Positions 28,210 to 36,479 of a stretch of 43,029 bases of DNA are shown one piece after another; positions within the stretch are counted from its first letter, which is position 1, and every line of letters starts with the position of its first letter. Source of the stretch: Escherichia coli (lineage in GTDB: Bacteria; Pseudomonadota; Gammaproteobacteria; Enterobacterales; Enterobacteriaceae). The translations under genes were made by a program, and so were the position numbers. The notes under the pieces were generated by a model that searched no databases, had not been told where the DNA came from, and saw nothing but the letters and a program-made list of their open reading frames with translations. The DNA lies in the NCBI GenBank assembly GCA_033901515.1, contig GCA_033901515.1_4984.1; one strand, given 5' to 3'.

Positions 28210-28367
28210 CAGACCCCCGTAACCTTCCTGGCTAACTTACGCGCCCAGTCAATCCAATGCCCCGGCCACTTTGCTTCTGTGAGCTTCTCTCCAAGATAGC
28301 ACACGCCAGCCAGGGGAAGCAGGGGAAGAATTAGGACTATGTAAATAACCCAAGTCACATATCGCAT
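28209..28367 (-). CDS. Small membrane protein (52 aa), below the ORF-track threshold
   Basis: ATG 28365-28367 overlaps the upstream stop (TAATG), RBS GGAGGGG; stop TGA overlaps the exonuclease ATG; translation MRYVTWVIYIVLILPLLPLAGVCYLGEKLTEAKWPGHWIDWARKLARKVTGV has one TM helix and a basic tail. Confidence 0.45.
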   Translation of the reverse strand: MRYVTWVIYIVLILPLLPLAGVCYLGEKLTEAKWPGHWIDWARKLARKVTGV

Positions 28368-28741
28368 TATTTCCCCTCCAGCTCAGACAGCACCAGCACA
28401 GTGCCAAGCATGTCACCAATCACTTCTGGAGTACGCAGGCTCTGGTCTACGTCGTAGATACAGGAACCAATCTCTGCCAGGCCAACACTGAGTGTGCCGA
28501 CTACGCGGATAACCGCTAGATCGTCCCCCTTCAACTTGTCGGCATGTGCTGCCAGGTCGTTGTGCTCCTTGAAGGCAGTAGCGGCCAGCTCCAGGTCCAT
28601 ACCGTACAAGGCGGCCAGTTCGTCTAGGGCATCATAGATGTTGTCCAGACTAATATCGTGTATACCACACGCTGCTGCATCATACACTGCGGCACCAACC
28701 GTAATAGCCAGGTTCTTATATGCTTCTAATACTTTATCCAT
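28367..28741 (-). CDS. Hypothetical acidic protein (about 124 aa)
   Basis: I prefer ATG 28739-28741 (tool start is TTG 28744); RBS GAGGAG. Confidence 0.5.
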   Translation of the reverse strand: MDKVLEAYKNLAITVGAAVYDAAACGIHDISLDNIYDALDELAALYGMDLELAATAFKEHNDLAAHADKLKGDDLAVIRVVGTLSVGLAEIGSCIYDVDQSLRTPEVIGDMLGTVLVLSELEGK

Positions 28742-28760
28742 CAATTATATACTCCTCTAA

Positions 28761-28776
28761 GGCCCCAGGTGGGGCC
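28761..28776 (-). other. GC hairpin (GGCCCC-ACCU-GGGGCC on minus-strand RNA)
   Basis: Perfect 6-bp GC stem downstream of the 28800..29633 gene; no U-tract. Confidence 0.4.
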
Positions 28777-28799
28777 GTATTAGTTTAGGTTATGGTTGA

Positions 28800-29633
28800 T
28801 TAGGCTTGAGGTGCAGCGGGCGCTGCTGGCGCTACAGGAGCTACAGGGGCCGCTGGAGCCACTGGTGCAGCCGGGGCTGCCGGAGCTGCCGGAGCAGCAG
28901 GAGCAGCAGGGGCCGCTGGGGTCTGCATAGACTGAGGACTCGGAACCGAACCGGCATTCAGCATAATATCCAACGCACTGCCTGGGAAGTCAACAGCCTT
29001 GTACATGTCTTCCTGAATCCAGTTTTTACTCTTACCATCGTCCTTGGTACCTTCGATATATAAGCTATCCCAGGTTTCTTTGGTCGGATTGTTCCACAGG
29101 AACAGCTTAATCTCGGAGGCATCCAGAGCCGGCATCTTAATAGGCTCACCGGTGTTCGGGTCGAACTTCGGAATCGGACGGATTGCCGCGAGGTCTACAA
29201 TGTTAGACTTCTTAACTGCTGCGCTGGTGTGCTCATCTACTGGGAATACAAATGCTTGTCCCAGTCGCTGTGCAGCGTGTTTAATGCTGCCATCATAGTT
29301 GAGCTTGTCGAAGAATTTCTTGAAGCCCGCACGCTCAAAGTTGCTGATGGTCATCGGATACGGACGGATACGTTTCACCTCACCGTTAGGGCCATACACT
29401 ACAATCCCGATACGCACATTCGCTGCTGCAGGCTTACCAGTAGGCTTACCGCCCTTGGTCGGCAGGCGCTTACCAATTTCCACATACTCGGTGAAGTAGC
29501 CATAGTACTCACCCTTCGGCAGCAGTACATCCTCGTACGCACCGCCCTGGGCGGTCTCGGTCATATCAACTTCTTGTGTTTTAATCGCAGCAGCAACCAG
29601 GGAGTTCAGAGTGTCCAGTGCATTCATAGTCAT
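28800..29633 (-). CDS. Hypothetical protein with Pro/Ala-repeat C-terminal tail
   Basis: 277 aa; C-terminal about 45 aa is PAAPAAPAAPAAPAAPVAPAAPVAPVAPAAPAAPQA, encoded by imperfect 9-bp tandem repeats at about 28803-28920. Confidence 0.6.
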   Translation of the reverse strand: MTMNALDTLNSLVAAAIKTQEVDMTETAQGGAYEDVLLPKGEYYGYFTEYVEIGKRLPTKGGKPTGKPAAANVRIGIVVYGPNGEVKRIRPYPMTISNFERAGFKKFFDKLNYDGSIKHAAQRLGQAFVFPVDEHTSAAVKKSNIVDLAAIRPIPKFDPNTGEPIKMPALDASEIKLFLWNNPTKETWDSLYIEGTKDDGKSKNWIQEDMYKAVDFPGSALDIMLNAGSVPSPQSMQTPAAPAAPAAPAAPAAPAAPVAPAAPVAPVAPAAPAAPQA

Positions 29634-29684
29634 ATAATTATGTCCTCGTTTAGTTTAAATAAAATTTATGTGCAGATGCAGGGC

Positions 29685-30665
29685 TTAACGGTTACGTCCA
29701 ACCCACCTGCCGGAATCATCGAGCAGCATCGGAATTAACTGCGGACAACCCTCTGTGATTACCAGTACGCCTAGGATTGGTTTCTTACGGGTCAGCCTAC
29801 CGTATGCAAAGGCCATACTCTTACGGTCAATCAAACACCCCGCGTATGCGCCGAAATACAACGCTGTAGAAGATGCTGCATATTGCACTTCGAATCTGCC
29901 ATGCTCATGCCCCAAGACCAAAGAAGTGCGCTCATGCGATGCATTAAGCATGAAGTCACCAGATACCTGATGCTGGAAGCGGACCGGTCCGAGCGGTGTA
30001 TTGAGCACCCAAGCATCGGCCCACGACCAGGACGGGGCACCGTGCTCAGGGAACAAGATATCGCGGTACTTCTTAATAAATTGCACCGGCAAACCGTGAG
30101 CCTTGGCGCGACGATATACCAGACTCCCGTGATTGGAATCGCAAACCAATAGATTCGGGAAGAGTTCATGCAGTTGCTCCAGTACTAACTTAGCCTTCTC
30201 CAGTTCCACCCCAGCACTATCTAGGTTAGGATCAGAGTCATGAAAGCTGATGGCATGTCCGTCAGTCTCATCACCTACCTGTACCACCATGTCCGGACAA
30301 TATTCATCCCGCACACTTTTCAGGAAGTCCATGGCATCTACGTGAGTATAAGGAGCATGCAAATCACCCACAACAAGAATACGGTGACAGGTACTAGGAA
30401 CGCTAGTATTTCCAATGTCGTCGGTTGGGCTCGGCTGAATAAGCTTACGAGCTTCCTGTAAACCACGGTTAGCATTCGCTTTACTCCCCTTGTTGTCCAT
30501 GAAGATGCTGCGCCAGTAACGCACAAGCTGGCGGGACACGATTACGTCTCCCTTGCGAAATTTGTTATTGTACGCAATAGCTGCATCAGTGTTATTGAGG
30601 AAGCTACCAAGAATTTGTTGGTGCTCTTCTTTGGTCCACAGTTTGATTAGACTAACACTTGCCAT
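29685..30665 (-). CDS. Calcineurin-like metallophosphoesterase
   Basis: 326 aa; VVGDLHAPYTH (D-x-H), VVQVGDETDGHA (GDxxD), VCDSNHGS (NH) in the canonical order of the family. Confidence 0.7.
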   Translation of the reverse strand: MASVSLIKLWTKEEHQQILGSFLNNTDAAIAYNNKFRKGDVIVSRQLVRYWRSIFMDNKGSKANANRGLQEARKLIQPSPTDDIGNTSVPSTCHRILVVGDLHAPYTHVDAMDFLKSVRDEYCPDMVVQVGDETDGHAISFHDSDPNLDSAGVELEKAKLVLEQLHELFPNLLVCDSNHGSLVYRRAKAHGLPVQFIKKYRDILFPEHGAPSWSWADAWVLNTPLGPVRFQHQVSGDFMLNASHERTSLVLGHEHGRFEVQYAASSTALYFGAYAGCLIDRKSMAFAYGRLTRKKPILGVLVITEGCPQLIPMLLDDSGRWVGRNR

Positions 30666-30667
30666 TA

Positions 30668-31096
30668 TTAGGCCTCCTTAATAATTTGACTGACGCGAGA
30701 TTGTACTACACCGTATTTCGCAGCAAGCACGTACTGATTAGCGTGTTTAGAACGAGGAACATACTCCCGGCGAATCTGCTCTACAGTAGACTTGGAAATC
30801 TTATGAGCTTCTCGGCCCCTATCTACCTTATCTTGCATGTTGTCTGCCCTGCTGCCCACCAGAAGATGCTCGGGATTAATACAACGGGGATTGTCACATG
30901 AGTGTCTAATCACCTGCCCGTCTATATCCGCATAGGTTATACCGTGGTGGCGGACGTAAACCACTCGATGATATAGGCGCATCTTTCCGTCACGTTTAAC
31001 TAACGCATACCCTCCTTTTAGAAGGCTCCGGCTTTTGCCGTGGTCTATACATTCTGACACTGCATGCCTCTCTTGTGTTGTTCCTACTCGTATCAC
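30668..31096 (-). CDS. HNH endonuclease (free-standing, homing-type)
   Basis: GGYALVKRDGKMRLYHRVVYVRHHG ... VIRHSCDNPRCINPEHLLVGSRADN is an HNH_3-like pattern, with a C-terminal HTH-like segment. Start uncertain: GTG 31096 or GTG 31060 (RBS GAGAGG). Confidence 0.75.
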   Translation of the reverse strand: MIRVGTTQERHAVSECIDHGKSRSLLKGGYALVKRDGKMRLYHRVVYVRHHGITYADIDGQVIRHSCDNPRCINPEHLLVGSRADNMQDKVDRGREAHKISKSTVEQIRREYVPRSKHANQYVLAAKYGVVQSRVSQIIKEA

Positions 31097-31223
31097 ATTA
31101 ATTCTCGGTAAATCACGGAATCAAGCCAGAGTCAACAAATAATTTTATTTAATTATCTACTTGACCCTGGTTAATTCTCATGTTACCCTAACCCCCCTAC
31201 ACCACCCAAGGGTCCACCTATCA

Positions 31224-31445
31224 TTACTCCACTATAAGTTTGTACTCCCCGGAGAAGAAGGTAATACCGTCCCCAGGCTTCTCTGAGTTATTATCTGGAT
31301 TGATTAATTCCACCTCCCAGAGTTCAGGGTCATAAGATATCACTCGATGCTGAGTGCCTGGTGCAAAGTAGTCACGATGTCTGGGCTCTAATGGTTCCGG
31401 CCCAAGTCCTAGTATTTCCACAATACTGCCTGGTTTAATAGTCAT
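31224..31445 (-). CDS. Hypothetical protein (73 aa)
   Basis: ATG overlaps the DNA polymerase stop (ATGA). Confidence 0.5.
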   Translation of the reverse strand: MTIKPGSIVEILGLGPEPLEPRHRDYFAPGTQHRVISYDPELWEVELINPDNNSEKPGDGITFFSGEYKLIVE

Positions 31446-33832
31446 TCTACTTTCTCCTTACTGTACATACTCATACCCATTTCAGCTTCCGCCGGGAACG
31501 GGACCTCACCAATGATGCCGTAGTTAGGCCAGAGCTGGTGGATACGCTTAGGTGCATCCTCCATACACTGCTTAACCAACAGGCTCGCCTCTCTGCCTAC
31601 TTCCGGATTAGCACTATCCAGATACAATGCATCGTGCACGTTCGTAATCAAGCACACCTGATTATCAAACCAATCACGTGCCAGCATTGCACGCAGAACC
31701 ATACCAGCTGCTACCGCCATCAGGAAGAACGCCTCGCCCTGACACCAGTAGTTAGCCATCTCGGTTTCCTTGTAGTCCATTACCTTCTGCTTACGCTGCC
31801 CAGGGACGACCTCCTTCCATTGCTCCTTCTGGCGGAAGCTGTAGCGTGCTCCTGCTGGACTAGTCCAGGTGCCGATGCGGTAGATGCGATAACTGCCATC
31901 ATCCGCTTGCTCCCGGTACATACGCCCCGCTGCCCCAGTGCGCTCTACCTCTTCCTTGACAACAGCGCGGAAGCCAATTGTTTGCGGGAACAGCGCAGCC
32001 TCGTTGTCCAAGAAAGCCTGTGCGAATTCCACCGTACATCCAGCAGCAAACGCAATCCCCTTAGCCGTAGCGCCATACTGGGCTGCAAAACTAGGAGCCT
32101 TAATACCTGTACGCATTGCCTTCCAAACCGGATGCAGCTCATGCTTCTTGTTGTGGCAGCGATCATATACTTCTTCATATGGTAATTTCTCACGGAAAGC
32201 TAGGCGGTAACAGTGCATATCGGTACCTGCCTGCAGCAACCCTAGTAGCTTAGTGTCTCCGGTGTGTACGCAGGACATGACCACTTCCAGCGCCGAGTAG
32301 TCAACTTCAGTGATGCGTCCGTTATCGCCGAATCGGCTGGTGAATACCTGCTTCACCTTGGATTTAGCCACCCCATCCCCATCCTCATCCGGGCGGGGTA
32401 GGTTCTGCAGGTTCGGGTTAGAACTGCTAAGGCGCCCAGTTACAGTGGCGCTGGTATTCAAACGGTGATGGATAATACCTGAACCGTCTTCTCGTTCTGG
32501 GATTACGTATTGCAGCATCCCCTTGCGCTCTTTGACACGTCCCTCAGAATCAAGAACCTCCCTTAAGTAGTAAGTTCCGGTGTCCTTCTCCAGAGCACCC
32601 AGCTCGTTCACCAATCGACAGAACTCAAATCCATGACGTGCTAAGGCTTCCATTGCATCTGTGCTGGTGCTGTAGACTGGTGTCCCATCCTGCAGGCACC
32701 GGGCTTGCCTGAACTCTCCACGCTCAGCATACTTCTCTCGAAGTACTTCAGGGAGTTCTTGGATGTTAACCAGGCCCGGACAGAAGTAAAGGTCGTCCTC
32801 CCACTTAAGTTTCTCCTCCTCTGTATCCATACGGAATACTTTGGGAAGTCCCTTGTTCTTACCGGACTTGTATAGCGCTCTCGGATACGTCCACTCCGGC
32901 TGCCAGTCGGACACATCAATGTACTGTACAGTTCCGTTGACGTCTGCTAAGTAGGCGTCGTACTTAACGTACTGCGGAGGGTCATAAGGAACCTTCTTGC
33001 GGTACTTGATAGGTCCACCGTATACCAGTGCAGACATATGAAAGTCCGAGCCGAAGTTGAAATCCAGTGTCTCCGGCAAGTCCTTCGGTATGTACTGCTG
33101 CAGCTCCTGTTTAATCTCCAGGATACGCTGCTCCTGCTCCTCTTGGTTCTTGCGAGCAATAGGCATATTCACGAACAGACCAAACCATTCACAGTATGCC
33201 CAAGCCAGCAGCGCGTCCATGCGTTCCCACACGTACTGCATCTGATTACGCTGGGCGAACGTAGCGCACTGGCCGTAGAAGCACAGGGCTGTGTTCGGGA
33301 TATCCCCGTTAACTAGGTAGTCGTGCAGCAGCACCGGGTCAATCTGGGAGGTTAACACGCCCTGCTCCCAGAGAATCTTAACCCCATCTACTTTGTGCGT
33401 ACCACCATACTTAGGAGCCGTCTCGTCCAGTGACGGATACATGCTCTGAAAGTCCGAGGCGATGTATTCCCCGTGCATTGTGCAGAACACCCTGCCGCCG
33501 CGCTTGAGGAAGGCTTCGAACTGTTGTCTCTGGTACGTGAGGAACCAGGAGATTTCGTAGGCGGCATTGTGCGCAACAATAAGCCAGCAGTCCTCCGGGA
33601 TATTGAGCCATCCCGCAGGTCCTCCTGCACTGTTCGCACGAATAAAGTCCTCTCGGGACTCGTAGCGTACTGCCTGTGTAATACCCACAGTTGTTGTTCC
33701 GTCTGCCTGCGTCGTATCAATGCGCCACGCTGACTCCACAACGTAGTTATCCGGGCAGTACGGGCTTGCTTTAGAGCCGTAATATTCATGGTTCTCTGTC
33801 TCTAAGTCAATGTGCATTATACTGGTTGTCAT
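31442..33832 (-). CDS. DNA polymerase, family A (T7 gp5-like) with 3'-5' exonuclease domain
   Basis: 796 aa; Exo I HIDLETEN; motif B RTGIKAPSFAAQYG; motif C ITNVHDALYLD; RBS GGAGGT. Confidence 0.9.
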   Translation of the reverse strand: MTTSIMHIDLETENHEYYGSKASPYCPDNYVVESAWRIDTTQADGTTTVGITQAVRYESREDFIRANSAGGPAGWLNIPEDCWLIVAHNAAYEISWFLTYQRQQFEAFLKRGGRVFCTMHGEYIASDFQSMYPSLDETAPKYGGTHKVDGVKILWEQGVLTSQIDPVLLHDYLVNGDIPNTALCFYGQCATFAQRNQMQYVWERMDALLAWAYCEWFGLFVNMPIARKNQEEQEQRILEIKQELQQYIPKDLPETLDFNFGSDFHMSALVYGGPIKYRKKVPYDPPQYVKYDAYLADVNGTVQYIDVSDWQPEWTYPRALYKSGKNKGLPKVFRMDTEEEKLKWEDDLYFCPGLVNIQELPEVLREKYAERGEFRQARCLQDGTPVYSTSTDAMEALARHGFEFCRLVNELGALEKDTGTYYLREVLDSEGRVKERKGMLQYVIPEREDGSGIIHHRLNTSATVTGRLSSSNPNLQNLPRPDEDGDGVAKSKVKQVFTSRFGDNGRITEVDYSALEVVMSCVHTGDTKLLGLLQAGTDMHCYRLAFREKLPYEEVYDRCHNKKHELHPVWKAMRTGIKAPSFAAQYGATAKGIAFAAGCTVEFAQAFLDNEAALFPQTIGFRAVVKEEVERTGAAGRMYREQADDGSYRIYRIGTWTSPAGARYSFRQKEQWKEVVPGQRKQKVMDYKETEMANYWCQGEAFFLMAVAAGMVLRAMLARDWFDNQVCLITNVHDALYLDSANPEVGREASLLVKQCMEDAPKRIHQLWPNYGIIGEVPFPAEAEMGMSMYSKEKVE

Positions 33833-33860
33833 ACTACTTATACCTCCTACACTGTGTACC

Positions 33861-33890
33861 TACATAGCGCCCTCTAGGAAGGCGCTAGGG
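33861..33890 (-). promoter_or_regulatory. Conserved hairpin element C, upstream of the DNA polymerase
   Basis: Plus tacatagcgccctctaggaaggcgctaggg; inverted repeat tagcgcc / ggcgcta; shares the CATAGCGCCC ... GCGCTA vocabulary with the elements at 41011 and 41805. Confidence 0.45.
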
Positions 33891-33893
33891 AAG

Positions 33894-34229
33894 TCACTTG
33901 ATTGGTGGAATATCAATAGACTCTAGCAGCGGCTGCTGCAGTAGGTAAGTGTTATACTCCTGTATCGCCTGCACCGCCAAGTCCCGCAGTCGCAACGCTT
34001 TGTTTACGTCCCAATCAGTACGAGAGAACACTGCACTGGGGGATACTAGGGAGAATGCCTCTGGGTTAAAGTGAAAGGTAGGTTCCTTTGATTCGACCAG
34101 CTGTATCATCGCCTCGCTTGCGTTACGAACGGTGTATACACCACCCCTATCCACACCGGTACGGTAAGCTGTCTCACGGGCTATGTCAGCATCTCGCCGT
34201 ACTTTATCACCAATTTTAAAATTACACAT
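33894..34229 (-). CDS. Hypothetical protein (about 111 aa) with N-terminal K(I/V)GDKV ... YTV module
   Basis: I prefer ATG 34227-34229 (MCNFKIGDKV..., RBS GAGGGG); shares an N-terminal module with the 36480..36968 protein. Confidence 0.5.
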   Translation of the reverse strand: MCNFKIGDKVRRDADIARETAYRTGVDRGGVYTVRNASEAMIQLVESKEPTFHFNPEAFSLVSPSAVFSRTDWDVNKALRLRDLAVQAIQEYNTYLLQQPLLESIDIPPIK

Positions 34230-35502
34230 TAATCTGCCCCTCATTAAATCGGCATCTACCTGGGTCGAATGCTACCTCGAATTGCAGTAGCGACTCCTTA
34301 CCTGATAGCGCCATCTTGTTCTTAGGTGTACTGATACCGCGGATGTTTTGCATGTGCGGCTGCTCGTTCCTGTCCAAGCACCCCATCATAATTGCCAAGT
34401 CCAAAGCACCTTGTACGCCAATCTTACTCTGCTTCATTGCCGTGAGCGGCGGAAACAGTAGGTTGTAACCTTCGAGTGAAAGCTGCATAGTACCGATAAC
34501 TGCACAATCGTTCTCGCACCCCAGGATACGTAGCTCCTGCCACTTCGCCTCTAGATTCTGGTGTTCACTCTCCATAGTACCGCCACGGATATTAGCCACC
34601 ATGTCTATGATTATTACCGCCGGGCGCATCTCTTCCATGAGCGTAGAGATTTGAGCCATAGTAAGAGAGTGTGCCGCCTTGATACGAATACGGTCGGCCC
34701 TGCCTACTTTCTCCAGATAGGCTGGCACAAACTCTTGCCTACTGTGCCTGTCCTTAATCTCAGCCAGAGTCCAATGCAGCGCCGCTTGATATACCCTCGG
34801 CACTGTACGCGTCGCCGGGCCTTCGTTAACCAACCACAGAATCGGGCGGTCCCCGTATACTTCAGGTTGTTGCTGCATCTGCTTAGCAAAGTCCACGGCA
34901 ATAGCAGCGAGTAGACTAGTTTTACCAGAATCAACAGGGGCAGCAACGGCGATGCAATCACCGCCGCGAAGCCCACGAATGCTATTAGACAGTTGCTCAA
35001 ACACACCCAGTTTAAGTCCGCCACTTTCATCAGTCGCGGCAAGTATTTCATCAACACTTCCGCTCTCCCATTCCAGTAGCGAATCATGAACAGCAGCACC
35101 ATCACCGTACTTGCGCTGGAGGTGTTTCATCTCCAGCAGATAATCAACCTCCTCGCCGTCTTGGTAGCGCTGCGTTAGCGCCGCCACCTCCCCGCTGTAT
35201 GCTAACTCATTCAGTGTCTGAACAATCCCCACCACAGAATCCTGTGGCACGGCTTGTACTCCCCGCATAAGCTCGTCCATAATCACCCGCTCTTCACGGG
35301 ATAGATGTCCAGCACGGAGGTTGAGCATACTCTGCATCGCATCCCACTGCACCTCCTGGTGCTCCGGGTACGTATTCCAGTACAACCCCACCCAGTCCAG
35401 TAGGTTCGAGGTGTCCGGCGCTAGCATGGACTTGGGTATCTGCTCTCGCAGTCGGTTCCAGACCTTCTGCGTGCACATCGCCTTAACTACTATTAGGTCC
35501 AA
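34222..35502 (-). CDS. DnaB-like replicative DNA helicase
   Basis: 426 aa; Walker A AAPVDSGKTSLL; apparent TTG start with RBS GGAGG. Confidence 0.75.
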   Translation of the reverse strand: MDLIVVKAMCTQKVWNRLREQIPKSMLAPDTSNLLDWVGLYWNTYPEHQEVQWDAMQSMLNLRAGHLSREERVIMDELMRGVQAVPQDSVVGIVQTLNELAYSGEVAALTQRYQDGEEVDYLLEMKHLQRKYGDGAAVHDSLLEWESGSVDEILAATDESGGLKLGVFEQLSNSIRGLRGGDCIAVAAPVDSGKTSLLAAIAVDFAKQMQQQPEVYGDRPILWLVNEGPATRTVPRVYQAALHWTLAEIKDRHSRQEFVPAYLEKVGRADRIRIKAAHSLTMAQISTLMEEMRPAVIIIDMVANIRGGTMESEHQNLEAKWQELRILGCENDCAVIGTMQLSLEGYNLLFPPLTAMKQSKIGVQGALDLAIMMGCLDRNEQPHMQNIRGISTPKNKMALSGKESLLQFEVAFDPGRCRFNEGQINV

Positions 35503-36284
35503 GTTAATGCCTCCAGTATCTCTTTGATTTCTGCGTCCTTAGGATCCGCAGCGAAGTGGTGTTCTCGGCACTGCATGAACGGGCGCAGTGCTCGGCGTGC
35601 TGCTGCTACCCCAGCATGCCCCGCTGGGTCGTTGTCCAACATTAGAATCACTTCAGGGCGATTCTGAATCAGCCAGGCCCTTAACTGCGTGGGCAAGCGT
35701 GTACCCAGCATAGCTATAGCCTGCACGTTCAACGCACTGTAGCTCGTAACTGCGTGCTGTATCTTCAGGGCTGAGAGTAAGTCCTCTGTGAGCACGACCT
35801 TTAGAGGAGCGCCCGCAGCTACACCCGGTGCTACGGCAGGTCCCACGGCAGCGAAGGGTATTGGCTGGCCGTACATTACCCACTTCGGTTGCTGTCGGGC
35901 ATGAACAGCACGGCCCAGTACAGCACCCCCGACACGGAATATTATCCGCTGTTTCTCTTTGCTCCATTCTGCATCCCCCACCATTTCAGGCATGATTCCT
36001 TTTGAAGCAAGGAATCCGTAAATAAAACTCTGCGTTTCCGCAGGCGCTTGGCTAATGCAAATTGCATCTGCAGGTGCAGAGGGCTGCACCCTCGGCTCTT
36101 CCTGTAACTGTATGCGCTGGTACTGCTTGCGCTCCTTGCCTACCTGTTTGCAGCGGTGGCAATAGTATTCCCAGGCATCCGGGTTATTGTAGAGCACCCC
36201 GGCGGCGTCCCTGCCGCAGCACCGAAAGCGTGCCCTCTGCCCCACGGCCAGGCGCTTGCACGCTCTAAGCCAGGGCTGGTCCAT
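35493..36284 (-). CDS. DNA primase (zinc-ribbon plus TOPRIM)
   Basis: 263 aa; N-terminal Cys cluster FRCCGRD ... YYCHRCKQ; TOPRIM-like VVLTEDLLSALK and ILMLDNDPAGHAG. Confidence 0.7.
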   Translation of the reverse strand: MDQPWLRACKRLAVGQRARFRCCGRDAAGVLYNNPDAWEYYCHRCKQVGKERKQYQRIQLQEEPRVQPSAPADAICISQAPAETQSFIYGFLASKGIMPEMVGDAEWSKEKQRIIFRVGGAVLGRAVHARQQPKWVMYGQPIPFAAVGPAVAPGVAAGAPLKVVLTEDLLSALKIQHAVTSYSALNVQAIAMLGTRLPTQLRAWLIQNRPEVILMLDNDPAGHAGVAAARRALRPFMQCREHHFAADPKDAEIKEILEALTWT

Positions 36285-36463
36285 TACTTAATCTCAATGC
36301 TATTAGCGTATGCTATGTCATCCCATAAGATTTCTTCTTCGGGCACATCCACCATCCGCCCATCTTCCAGACGGTATATGTCGCCATCCTATACCTTTAT
36401 AGCCCAAAAACTGCGTGATCCCCAAGTGAACGGAATACCAACCACAATGCTCTTAGGTGGCAT
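36284..36463 (-). pseudogene. Short ORF interrupted by a single in-frame TAG (possible pseudogene, recoding or error)
   Basis: Minus-strand frame MPPKSIVVGIPFTWGSRSFWAIKV-TAG-DGDIYRLEDGRMVDVPEEEILWDDIAYANSIEIK, terminating as TAATG on the primase start; TAG is plus cta at 36389-36391. Confidence 0.3.
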
Positions 36464-36479
36464 TTTGTACGTGATAATT

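Noticed and set aside
33894-34244. DNA ligase expected after the helicase in phiKMV-type genomes
   Set aside because: The only ORF at this position is about 111-116 aa with no KxDG adenylation motif; no other ORF in the window shows ligase motifs, so a ligase appears to be absent.
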